Below are positions 1 to 11,057 of a stretch of DNA of 64,000 nucleotides, piece after piece. The notes below the pieces were generated by a model that ran no database searches, was not told the origin of the DNA, and worked only from the letters and a program-made list of their open reading frames with translations. This DNA is from Azolla caroliniana (lineage: Eukaryota > Plantae > Polypodiophyta), in the NCBI GenBank assembly GCA_043228905.1, contig JBHGNT010000003.1:10292001-10356000 (forward strand). Reading direction: 5' to 3'. The stretch's first letter is position 1, and every line of letters starts with the position of its first letter. The position numbers were made by a program, and so were the translations under genes.

Positions 1-16
1 TAGATCATCCATATAA

Positions 17-42
17 GATATATATATATATATATATATATA
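17..42. repeat. (TA)n microsatellite
   Basis: Direct run of TA dinucleotides. Confidence 0.95.
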
Positions 43-187
43 TGACCCAAAATAAACCTAACTTGGTTTTCGGCCTTACAGCTCTCTTACGGTTGTGTTC
101 GGCCTTGTAGCCCTCTTCTCCCATAAGGAGGGATACAAAACGTAACACTTTATGCTTCCATATAAGGGAGAACATGTACAATTTTTG

Positions 188-620
188 CAATTTAAGTATC
201 TTGGTATCGATGTACCACCCACAAATAAATGGAGTGTATGCTTTGAATCTAGGCTTCAGAGCGGTTAAAAGTTATTATATGTTAAGCAAATGCGACAAAA
301 AATGGATAGGAAATGAAACTAATGTTACTTAATGCCATGGCAACACAAGTTGTGCTTTATGGAGCAGAAGTGTGGAGAGGCATTATCTTTCTTAATGCAT
401 GGAATGAGATTGAGAAGATTCAAAAGATGTTTTTGAGAAAATATTGAGTTAAATCTATCGCCTCCTATCAAGTTATGTTGTTTTAAGTGTTCGAATAGAT
501 GTTGTTATGTTGTTTTTGAGGGAAGATTCAAAAGATATTGGCACTACATTACAAATAGTTCAAAATATACCAAATCATAAATAACCACATCTTGTGTCGA
601 ATATTTCATGCAAACTACAA
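188..620 (+). mobile_element. Decayed non-LTR retrotransposon (LINE) reverse-transcriptase C-terminal fragment
   Basis: Manual translation gives QFKYLGID (RT thumb YLG motif) and then VVLYGAEVW...NEIEKIQKMFLRK, typical of the post-RT region of RTE/L2-like LINEs. Interrupted by stops and frameshifts; end approximate. Confidence 0.65.
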
Positions 621-1209
621 AGAGATTTACAAGAACAACATTTCTTCATCATGTCAAAAAATGGTTAAAAAGATGGATGTGAAAGAATCTCTAGGAGCTT
701 TCAAAGTCATTTTTTCATCATGTTAAAAAATGGTTCAAAAGATGGGATGTGGAAGAATCTCTTAGAGCTTTCAAAGTGATGCTATGAAATGTCATGGTTA
801 TATTGAGTAAAGATATGAAACTTACTAAGGACAAGAGTGGAAAGGTGTTAAAAGGATACTAAAGGATGACACATATTGTGCAATTTGATAATTATATATA
901 AACAAGAGGGAGATGTTCATGTGTATGCCTTACATTCACACAGGGCCGAAACGAATCTCTTTCTTCTTTCTTACATGATCAGTTTCACACAAGTCCAAAT
1001 GCATTACGTTTGAAAGTAGAAATAATCACTTTCAACTTCATGGAAGTAGATGCTTGAAAGTTACAAAATAACTATGGAAGAAACAGATGCTAATGCAATA
1101 GGTTTTGCACAATTATTAAGAAATTATCTACACACTAACCAATTATAACTGAAAATGCTTTACAAAATACCATCATATATTTCTTAAAAACACAAAAAAT
1201 AGACATATA

Positions 1210-1366
1210 GTCAAAAAGCTAGCATGTATTATTATTCATTCTTTGACATTATTTGGCCACAAAATGGGTACCATATTGTCAAAGCTAGCATGTATTTATT
1301 CATTCTTGACATTATTTTGCCTGTCAAAAGCTAGCATGTATTATTCATCCTTTGGGACATTATTTT
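1210..1366. repeat. Three ~45-bp direct repeats downstream of the storage-protein stop (putative 3' UTR)
   Basis: Copies of GTCAAA(A)GCTAGCATGTATT..TTCATTCTTTGACATTATTT start at about 1210, 1278 and 1323. Confidence 0.85.
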
Positions 1367-1409
1367 ACCCATCTATCCTATTTACAACACTACCCTCCAA
1401 CACCCAAAA

Positions 1410-2180
1410 TTAGAAAACAATGCTCTCTCTATGAGAAGAGCATGCGCGAGGCCGGAGGTTGCATTGTTGCAAGAGACGCGAGCTCGCGAGCAACAACTCG
1501 CGTCTCCGAAATCTACCCCCTTTATCATCATCATGACGACGACGTTCTTTCTCCTCCTCTTCTTTTTCGTCTTCCTCTTCCGAATGATGGTGGTGGTGAT
1601 GACGGGGCCTCCTCCTATACTCCTCCTCAGACTCCTCACGAGTCCGAGGAACACGACGTAAGCCCCCATAGACCTCCCTCATGACGCTGCATCGCTCCTC
1701 CACGGGGATGCGCTCCAAGCTCCGGCAACACCTCTCCGAAGGCCTGCTATTTACAAATGAGTCCCCGATTCTACGCTCTCTACGACCACCACCACGGTGC
1801 TCTCGATCGTGTTCATGCTCGCGCTCTTCTTCTTCATATTCACTACCCCGATGGTGCTTCCTTTCGTGCTCCGGCTCGCACCTATGGCCCTCGCGCTCTT
1901 CGATGTTCCCTTCCTCTTCCTTACGGATGTCACGCATTTGTTCACGGATATAGTCCCCGCACGCATCCCGGAGTTGTTCCTCCCGTTGAGGAGAGAGTCG
2001 TGGATCCTCATAACCACCTTCGAAGCGGTGCCGATCTTCAGCATTGAACCCAACAATATCATCATAGCCATCGTCATATCGATCCCGCATTGTAGGTGTT
2101 CTCGCCGCACCCACCATGGTGACCACCAACATGAGGGCCAAAATGGCCATACAAGAGCTTAAGATTATCTTCTTCATCAT
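1410..2180 (-). CDS. 2S albumin / prolamin-superfamily seed/spore storage protein, 256 aa, intronless, secreted
   Basis: ATG at 2180 (ACAATGA context) lies ~65 bp downstream of TATAAATA, so the ORF-track start at 2264 is upstream of the TATA box and unlikely. Signal peptide MMKKIILSSCMAILALMLVVTMVGA. Cys skeleton LRDACGDYI...RPSERCCRSLERIP..ERC...LLQQCNLRPRAC resembles conifer and fern 2S albumins. Glu/Arg/His-rich spacers. Confidence 0.85.
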   Translation of the reverse strand: MMKKIILSSCMAILALMLVVTMVGAARTPTMRDRYDDGYDDIVGFNAEDRHRFEGGYEDPRLSPQREEQLRDACGDYIREQMRDIRKEEEGNIEEREGHRCEPEHERKHHRGSEYEEEEREHEHDREHRGGGRRERRIGDSFVNSRPSERCCRSLERIPVEERCSVMREVYGGLRRVPRTREESEEEYRRRPRHHHHHHSEEEDEKEEEEKERRRHDDDKGGRFRRRELLLASSRLLQQCNLRPRACSSHRESIVF

Positions 2181-2242
2181 TGTTAAACTATATATTTTGC
2201 TTGTTTTTTTTGCCTTCTCTTGCACACTAGAGATGCAGGATC

Positions 2243-2616
2243 TATTTATACACACACCTCGCATTCATGCATATGCAATTGAACCCCCTCGCTCTTTCTC
2301 TCGTTCTTCATGTGTGCCATGTGTCCATGAACAAGCGTGTGCATGGCCACCCCCACACACGTGTAAATAATATTGGCCAATGTATTGCTATTACATGCCC
2401 ATTACGTGTATGTTTGTTTGCGGCTTTCTAAACTCATAGAAAAATATAATGTGTGTGTGTACACATGGTAACCTTCAAAAACTATATACAAAATTTGTGC
2501 ACAAATTAGTCGAACTAATAACCAAATCTAGTCACTGCTCACCTTCGGTTATACATAACCACAATAATGTGAGCCCTAACTAATGTTAATCATTAATCAT
2601 GCATACAAAAAACGTG
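2243..2616 (-). promoter_or_regulatory. Storage-protein promoter: TATA box, RY (CATGCA) elements and G-box/ABRE cores
   Basis: TATAAATA 2243-2250 (minus). CATGCA at 2266-2271, 2340-2345 (minus) and 2598-2603. CACGTG 2358-2363, TACGTG 2403-2408, AACGTG 2611-2616. Confidence 0.75.
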
Positions 2617-3850
2617 CAGGAACAAGAAGCTAGCTTTTGGCGCATTTAAGTCTCATTAAGAAGTCCAAGGTTTATGGGTAAGGGTCCCATGGAACATGGG
2701 GTTTGTCATGGTTTTCCATAACCTCTCACTACCCTTTGTACCTAAGAAGAAACAAAAACCAACATGTTGCTCTCATTTGGCATTGGATTTTGAGAAATTG
2801 GTACAAATGTACATACAAAACGACATTCGCGGATTCTCATGAGTCTTTTGTTCATATCTACGAACTTGTACTATACCCCACAAATTGAGTTGTCTACATT
2901 GACAATCAACACAATCAAGTTTTATGTAAAGCCATATAAGCAATCGTTGAATGGGCATTAAATCGTTTGGGTCAAAAGTAGAAAAGCCCAAGTGCATGAA
3001 ACCTATTTACCTTGGACACTTTCATTTCATCCTACTAACATATTATGTCATAAAATATTTCCTTTTAAAAGGAATGTTTTCATTTTCTCTCCTATTTTCA
3101 AGGGTTGAATGTTGTAATGTCATGTTTAAGGACTAATTAAAACTAGAAGGTCGAAAGAAGGGATTTTATAATGATTGCAATTTCAAAGCCTTTTAAAGGG
3201 GAATTTGATGATCATTTTCACTTCCTATGCTATGACAATGCTAACATTGTTAGGAAGTCGTATCTTAGGAGCAATCCCCATAAGAGCTTTTTATAATGTT
3301 TGCAACATCACACCCACTATGGCATTTGAGCCCACAACGTTAATATTAAAATGCATTAATAGTGTCACCTCTACACTATAACAATTATAAATTTGAGTTC
3401 AAACCTTCATTGATAGTATAAACTTTCATTTATTTGGAATTTATCAATCTCCCATAATTACTCGGTTTACATGGGGGACAAACTACTCTTCCTATCCCTA
3501 CAAAAATTGATGGCACGAGATGTTTCCAATTGCATAGGAAATCCAAAACTTCCACTTAGTCAGAGCATCGATATTTTTATCAATTTCCAAAAATCCTTCA
3601 CCAATGACCGCGATCAAACATGCACCATTCATTCTCTAAACATGAGTGAAGACTCTACTAAAAATGATTGTTTGTATTTTGCCTCATTCAATAAAACCTT
3701 GTACAATCCACAAGCACCAAAATATACTCCATTTGCTACATATATTTTCAATATTGCATTAAACCATTATAGTATTTCTAGAAATAAAAGCATGGCATAT
3801 TCCATATAGTATTTTAATGCACATGAACCATTGAAAGTCTTGGTTGACAA

Positions 3851-4305
3851 TAAAAATCGGCAACGGTTCGGTTCAGTTTAAGATTGTCAAAACGGAACCG
3901 GTTTGAAACCGAACCATTAAAAAATATTCAAATCGTTAAACCATTAAACCGTTAAAACCGCGGTTTCGTGGTTTGGTTTCGAGTTTGGTCAAAATTCAAA
4001 TTTAAAAATTTAAAAATTTAAAAGTATTTCCTTTTTTTAATTTTTAATTTTTCAAAAATTTAAAGATTTTCCTAAAATGTGAGAATAAGGCTTGAAAATG
4101 AAATTAGATTGTTTTTAAATTTATTTTTATTTTATTTTATTCAAATTTTTAAACTTTTAAAAAAATGTAAAAATATAAAAAATAATAAACCATTAAACCC
4201 TTTAAATCGTGGTTTCTAACTATTGAAACTTAAACGAACCGTTAAGCCATTAAGACACGGTTTCGCGGTTTGGTTCGGTTCAAACCGAACCGTTGCCGAC
4301 TGTTA
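3851..4305. mobile_element. Non-autonomous hAT-type element (MITE)
   Basis: TIRs TAAAAATCGGCAACGGTTCGGTT / AACCGAACCGTTGCCGACTGTTA. Perfect 8-bp TSD GTTGACAA at 3843-3850 and 4306-4313. AAACCG-rich subterminal repeats and AT-rich core. Confidence 0.9.
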
Positions 4306-4529
4306 GTTGACAAATCACCATTCCATGAAATTTTGCCATTTGTAAAGTCTTATGGGAGACTTCCTTTGAACATTTTGAATCCTCTTCCTCAAGAATAACA
4401 TCCTTTCTCTATTTCGAATGTAACATATTGTGAAAATTTTGACGAGTTAGCTCGGTGTCATGTGTTTTTCGGTCTTCTCTAATTTAATATAAACTAGAGC
4501 ATGTAAAATTTTATTTTGTACCTAGAGTC

Positions 4530-5181
4530 TGTCAGACCTAATTCAAAGGGTAACAAAAAGTCAAGAACCTATTGTGGCCTAACATCTTAAGTTGTGTTAT
4601 TCACAATAAGGGAAACGATATTGTAAAGAGTCAAGAGATGGATTCTGTGCAGCGGAATAGATATGAGTTGTGTGTGTGTATGAGAGAGTGTGTGTGAGAG
4701 AGACAAGGAGTAAGACATAGATAATACGCAAGGTAAAGTATATTAACAAAGGAGAAAGACTCAACATTATACAAGGTGGGAGGAGGGTGCTTTATATAGT
4801 CACCCTCTCTCTTCATTAACTACAAGACTCATGGAGCATGGGGAATGTGAAAGCTCATAAGTTATCTGTCATAGAATATGATTCTATGCCTCATACTAAA
4901 TGCTAGAATACAAAGTGGTGACATAATGGTGACTCTTGACCGTTGGGAGTGTCTATTCACTCTCAAGGTGAGTTCACACACTAGACCAAGTTGAGCTTGA
5001 TTCTCAACAAATATGCATTGTAGCTTGATTTGGTATAGATTCTTGTATGTAAAAGAGGACACCTAAATTTTTCAATATGCAATTTTAAAAGACAATTTGA
5101 CATTATGAAAATCCACTTCCATGTGATCAAGGAAACATGGAATATGAATCTTTGCATCCACTAAATGCCCCCCCCTAAACA
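4530..5181 (-). mobile_element. Possible old solo-LTR relic
   Basis: TG...CA termini and a minus-strand TATA (CTATATAAAG ~4790-4800) followed by a CT/CA-rich R-like tract. No matching TSD found. Confidence 0.3.
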
Positions 5182-5859
5182 TGCAGCGATAAGGTTAGAC
5201 TAATGATTTGTGGTTCAAGTTACTTCATCATTTGTAGTGTATGGTTGAAAGAACCAAAGAGAGGTAATTGTGCTCTACTCACAAATGTACATTTTGTTTG
5301 GAGGTCAAGGCTTGTCAAACTTGACCACTTAGAATAAAAGTGTTGATGGAATTTGAAACACATTGCTTAGCTTAAAATTCGTTAGTTATAATTCCCAAAG
5401 TGTACATATACCCTTGTTTTGTGTTTGTAAAATCGTTGCCCAAAAAGTGATATTTGTGTAGTTTATGCATAAAGTACCCGTTTCTAAGGTGACAGGGAAA
5501 ATAAGAAATATCGCCATGTAAGGTGAGAAGAAAACAAAGCATTTGTATTGCCTTTCCACTATAAGATTTCAACTCTAGTCCCTTTACCATCAAGTCTACT
5601 GGCATTGTAATTAGGTCAGTGTGTAGTAAATTGAATTCCTTAGTGTGTAAATGCTAACTAATTGAGCCAAAAGTGCAAGTGTGACATGTATCATTGAAAA
5701 ACCATTATGACTTTGAAATCAATTTAGCATCGTAGGATAGAAAAGCAACAAGGCCATTGTGAGGCGAGAACATATGGAGGATTCACTCCTTAGCGAAGAT
5801 ATGTTGTGAGACAAAAGTGGGAGGACTATGTGGTGATAAATTCTCTTTAAATGCTAAAG

Positions 5860-6390
5860 TAGCAATTGGCAACGGTTTGTTCGAGAGTGTCAAACTCAAA
5901 CCATTTAAAAAAATTGAAACTTAAAACCAAACTGAACCAAATTACGAAACCGTTTAAACCAAAAACCATTTACCGAACTGTTACAAAAAAGTCAAGCTCA
6001 AACCCAACGGTTTTAGAGATTGTCAAACCTTTAAACTGTTAAAACCACGGTTTCATGGTTTCGTTTTGGTTTTCAAGTTAGGTCAAATTTCAAATTTTCA
6101 CATTTTAATTTTAAAAATTTTAAAAATTTCGAAATTTAAAGATTTTTTGTAAAATATCAAAATTAGACTTAAAATATTCAAAAAAATATTTGAGAAAAAT
6201 ATCGAATGTCGATCCTAAACCGTCAAACCATTTTAAGTGTTTGAACCGTGGTTTCAAACTGTTTAAACAGAAACCCGTTAAGCCGATAAAGCCTCAAACT
6301 GAACCGAATCGAATTGGTAAACACCCAAACCGAACCTTCTAAACCGTTGAGCCGTGGTTTCGCAGATCGGTTTGAACCTGCGAATTGTTA
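5860..6390. mobile_element. Second, older copy of the same hAT MITE family
   Basis: Ends TAGCAATTGGCAACGG...GCGAATTGTTA. Degenerate 8-bp TSD TGCTAAAG / TGGTGAAG (6/8). Same AAACCG repeats and AT-rich core as 3851-4305. Confidence 0.8.
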
Positions 6391-6516
6391 TGGTGAAGAT
6401 AGAAATTTAGAGGGTTACTGATTTTTACGTATTGAAGTGCAGAGTTGCCAAAGAAACAATAAATAATGTGCAACTCACAATACTGTAAATGCCTTGCCTT
6501 GCCTTGCCTTGTTTAT

Positions 6517-6620
6517 GGGGCCAACAGATTCTTTGGAAGATTCTGCTTTGCTTGGAGGGGCCGACAGATCCTTTGGAAGATTCTGCTTTGCTTGGCAGAT
6601 CCTTTGGAAGATCCTTTGAA
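6517..6620. repeat. ~40-bp tandem repeat (two full copies plus partials)
   Basis: GGGGCC(A/G)ACAGAT(T/C)CTTTGGAAGATTCTGCTTTGCTTGG is repeated. Confidence 0.85.
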
Positions 6621-8112
6621 GTAGAAATCCTCAGAGTGAATGGAAGGGTGGTTGGTTGCCTCCTCAGAATCGAATGTTTTGGCGAGAGCCCGCTCATTTT
6701 GCCGACACATATTTTCTTCTCCGGGATTCGATTAATCAATGGATCAGAAAGAGATTCTAATGAAGGACCACCATGGATCTTATGATCCCCTGAATCATGA
6801 GAGATTCTGAAGAAAGAATCTCCCTCCCTCTGTTTGTGTGCATATGAATTATGGGAATATACTTCAACTCCTTCCAAGGAAGGGTTAACTGTAAAACAAT
6901 GCTTCCTTTGTTTCTCTTCTCCATTCCTCTGCTTAACCCACAAGGCAGAGATCTTGCTCTTCTTCTACAGATTTTGTTCTGGTTTGAAGAAGACAGACAG
7001 AAAACCAGACGCAAAGAAATCAAGACGAAAGGAATACAGAAGAAAACAAAAATACTGCAGACATCAACGATACAGGAAATATCAAGAAGAAAAGAATACA
7101 GAAGAAATCAAGAAGATTAAATAAAGAAAGAAACGAAGAAAAAAAGGATCCAGAAATTTTAGTAAGTGATCTTGATTGATACAGCGTACTACATTCATTT
7201 GTTTGCTAAATTCTTCATGATTTGACTTCTTCTTTTTGAGAAACATCTGTTCTTATTTTCTATTCCTTTTTAGCTGTTTTTTTTTTGTTATGTTGATGAA
7301 ATTTTTTTTTCTTGATGATTTTGAAGGCAACATAGTGGGAACTTCAGGGTTTGAAAATGAGAATTTGTTACTGTTTTTTTCTTGAAATTATTCCTCCTTT
7401 GATAAGTTATTTTGGAAGGCAATATTGCCAAGTTTTCGGGTTTGCAATGCTAATTGATTTTTTCTTTGAAATATTTGCTCTTTCTCTCCTCAGCTAAGAG
7501 GGTTTTTCAATGCTAATTACTGGTTTTCTTAATAATATGTTATTCCATTCTATTCATAGGTTACGCATATTATGTTTCAGGATTGGCAATGCTAGTTACT
7601 GATTTCCATGAAAACCTCTGATATTTTCATTCCTAACTTATGTGGAAGGAAACAAAGGTCAATTTTATGGTTTGCCAATCTGATTCTCTGGTTTGCTTGA
7701 GAATGTGTGAATTTGTAAGATCGTTGTTTTCTTAGAGTTTTTAGGGGTTTTAGGGTTTTGCAACAGTATGGTCATATTTCCTCGAGAATGTGTAAGTTTC
7801 TTGTTGATGTGGAAGAGGACATTATTGATTTTAGAGTTTTGCTGGCTTTTTTGAAGATGTGTATTCCTTAATGATATATGTTATCTTGATGAAAACCTAT
7901 TTCTCTCATGGTAATGCAAAGGTTATATGTATTTCAAGATACCTGTATGTATCATATATGTGGTTTCAAAGGTTCTCATGAAAATGATAATTCGATTTCA
8001 GCATGCCTTATGTTGAACAAAACATATTTCTTGTTTGATTATTCAAAGATTGTATATATTTCAAGGACGTCTATATGATATAATGTATGCGGATATGCTA
8101 TACTATAGATTC

Positions 8113-9540
8113 ATGGGTGATTCAGAGAACCAGTTTTCTGTACCAGATAGGGCTGCTGCCCCAACATATTATGGCTCTGATGGACAGCAGCATTGTCCAT
8201 ATTGTTGGAGCAACAGCCTTATTGACAATACCACAAGGGGAGGACAGTGCCCATGGCACAGTGAAACCAGTCAATCAGCACCGAGTTCAAGCGGATTGCG
8301 TTATCGTCGGAGGCATAGATTCGCATCTGGATCTGATTTCCCCAGGCAAGTATTCTATTTGTCTGTCTTTGTATACACATGAATTTATGTAAGGCAGATA
8401 AGGTATGTATGTATGTATGCATAGAAGGTACCCTTGATCATATGTGTAGGCATTCACATGGTATGGATTCATTCATGACTATTTTGTTCTACTTACATAC
8501 TTTCTTTATATGCATTCATGTCTCTTTTACATAGATGGCTTTCATATATCATTCCCTTTGTTACTGACAGGCTAGATGGAATAATGAATGATGAAGCACA
8601 AGTGTTAGAATCATCCAGTATATTCTCTCGAAACGAGAATCGTGACCGTGCTAGATTCCGTGCACCACATTTATTTCATCCTCGATTTCGCACAGGAAGT
8701 AATGGTAGATATGTTACTGATGGAAGCTCAATTTATCTTTTGTCAATGGAAGATAGTAATGAATTTCGAGGAAGGCCATGGAGGTCTCGCACATTGGCAA
8801 GGGAAGAAAGTGAACCAAGTTGGCAACAATTTATGCAAGATATGGTGCAAAACTTCTTGGGACAAGGGGAAAGAATAGATTCTTCCATTGCAAGTCCAGA
8901 CTATGTATCAGATCCAGGAGACTATTTAGATGATTCTAGAGGTTTTCAACGCTTATTATCAGAATTGGCGGAGAATGATAACACCAACCATGGACCACCT
9001 CCAGCAGCAAAATCGGTTATTGAAGCATTGCCATGGGTCAGCATTAAGCCAATGCATATTAAGGATGATTCAGCAACTTGTCCTGTCTGTAAAGAATTAA
9101 TGGAATTGGATGAGTATGCAAAGGAGCTACCTTGTCAACATCTATACCATGAACCTTGCATTGTACCATGGTTGAAAATAAGAAACACTTGTCCAGTTTG
9201 TCGCTACGAGCTTCCAACAGATGATGCGGATTATGAGGCAAGGAATCAACAAAATGCTAATACAACATACACGAACACTGAAGCCGACAGCATTGAGACA
9301 GGGTCTTCTGATAGTGATACAAGTATGATAATAGAGCTTCGTCCAAACCTTATTGTGAGAGAGATTGAGGATGACGATTACTTTGAAGATATTGATGGTT
9401 ACACTAGTGAGACAAGTGGTAGAGGGTGGTTATGGTTTGCAGCAAGGTTTATGGGGCTTTTCCTTGTTTTGACTCTGGGCAGTCGCCTCATTGGTGGCAC
9501 TCGACGTGTGCAAACTAGACGGAATCTATATGACCATTGA
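8113..9540 (+). CDS. RING-H2 E3 ubiquitin ligase (CIP8/Praja-like) with C-terminal membrane anchor, ~400 aa, two coding exons
   Basis: Exons 8113-8345 and 8571-9540 join in frame (FPR|LDG) across a GC-AG intron at 8346-8570. Motifs: PPPAAKSVIEALP; RING CPVCKE...LPCQHLYHEPCIVPWLKIRNTCPVCRYELPTDD; hydrophobic GWLWFAARFMGLFLVLTLG tail. A probable 5'-UTR intron spans 7162 (GTAAGT) to 8108 (TAG). Confidence 0.9.
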
Positions 9541-9940
9541 CAACTGATGCCATTACCATTGCCATAATCAATTGGCTTGGAAAACCCATAATATTCTCTT
9601 TGAAAATCCACACCATGTCCTTTAATTAAAGCCATTCCTCAATTGTTCATATCTAGCAAGTAAATTTACAAGAAAACAAGCATTATTTATATTGGTCATT
9701 TCCATGAATTAAGATGGAATGTCCAAGCAAACAAGGTCATAGATTGACCCTTTGAATAAATTACAAACATTATGCAAACCCCATCACTATTGATGTCATA
9801 AAGAAAATATCATTGCAAACATCATCATACATTTGATGAACAATAATTTTAGCTTCATTTGAATAAATGAGTCATTATTTTAGCTTTATTTACACATGTT
9901 TTCTTTCAAATGTTTCAGTCTTTACGACATACAGAAGTAT

Positions 9941-10170
9941 TTAGATCCAATTGATGCAGGAGACAAAGCTTGCTTGTAATAGCTATCATAGCAACCATAG
10001 TGGTGGGATTCAAGCTACCACAGTCAGAAACATGAATAAACTTGTTTGTTATAGTGGTGGTCATTATGACATGGAGTTGTATTTAGCTCCAATTGACTGC
10101 AAGAGACAAAGCTTTCCTTGTAATAGCTAACATAGCAACCATAGTGGTGGGATTCAAGCCATCATAATCT
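9941..10170. repeat. ~85-bp imperfect direct repeat between the convergent 3' ends of the RING and DnaJ genes
   Basis: TTAG.TCCAATTGA..GCA.GAGACAAAGCTT..CTTGTAATAGCTA.CATAGCAACCATAGTGGTGGGATTCAAGC occurs at ~9941 and ~10082. Confidence 0.8.
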
Positions 10171-11057
10171 CAACTCTTGTAATGTCATTTTACACGTCTG
10201 TCACCATACCTGCACATTCAAATACAGGTACCATACCACAAATATGATTCCTTGTATTTAGAGAGCCACAATTATCAACACTCTACAAGATGGTCGTGAC
10301 ACTGTTGGCTCCTTAGCCATCACTGCACTAACTGTCTTTGATAATAGTTTGTTACATCTCCAAAGTGATTAGAAATCCCTGATATCCTAGTCCAACATTT
10401 ACAAGAATTTCATAATATTAGAAGATTCTCTAATTTTAGTCGAGTGTTCCATGTTAAATATTGATACCAGATAACCTAAAATATGATCAAGTGAAGCCAT
10501 CAACATCAATGTTTTCTAAAGGAATAACTAGGAACCTTCCACAGTACTCGAATTGCAAATAGAGCCCAAATAAACATGTTGAGAAAATATTAATAATTTG
10601 TTGCAACAAGAATTAAGTATTTGATTATATCAAGATCTTATAACCGTGAGTTTCTTTCTTTTTAATATTACATATACATAGCAAGCAGAAAGGCTTCACC
10701 TACAAATTTAATGTGGTATTTACCTTCTGCTTATATAAGATTTTAGCATATGCTTCCAATAACCCTCACAACTAATGAATCCATGCTGCGCTCAACTTAA
10801 TGAGCTGGAGAAAAATGTGTTTGAGTAAAATATTGTCTGAAAAAGGATAATATGTATATTAGCCCTTAGTAGGCTGAAATTGCTTGATTCATAAGCCAAT
10901 TCATTGGATGCATTATCATCTTTCTATATCATAAAAGATGAATACATAGGGATTAACAACGCATCTTAAGATACACAAACACAAGATGAGAGAGGATGGA
11001 TATAACACTTCAACGTGAACTGAATTTCCATTTCCATACAGATGGCATACCAAACTA

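Noticed and set aside
2181-2264. N-terminal 28-aa extension of the albumin ORF
   Set aside because: Its ATG lies upstream of the TATA box; the signal peptide begins at Met29.
6425-6943. 172-aa minus-strand ORF as a divergent gene
   Set aside because: No recognisable domain, partly built from a 40-bp tandem repeat, and no downstream exons found. A lncRNA or orphan gene cannot be excluded.
9995-10160. tRNA/SINE B-box-like GGTGGGATTCAAGC in the direct repeat
   Set aside because: No A box, cloverleaf, tail or TSD could be identified.
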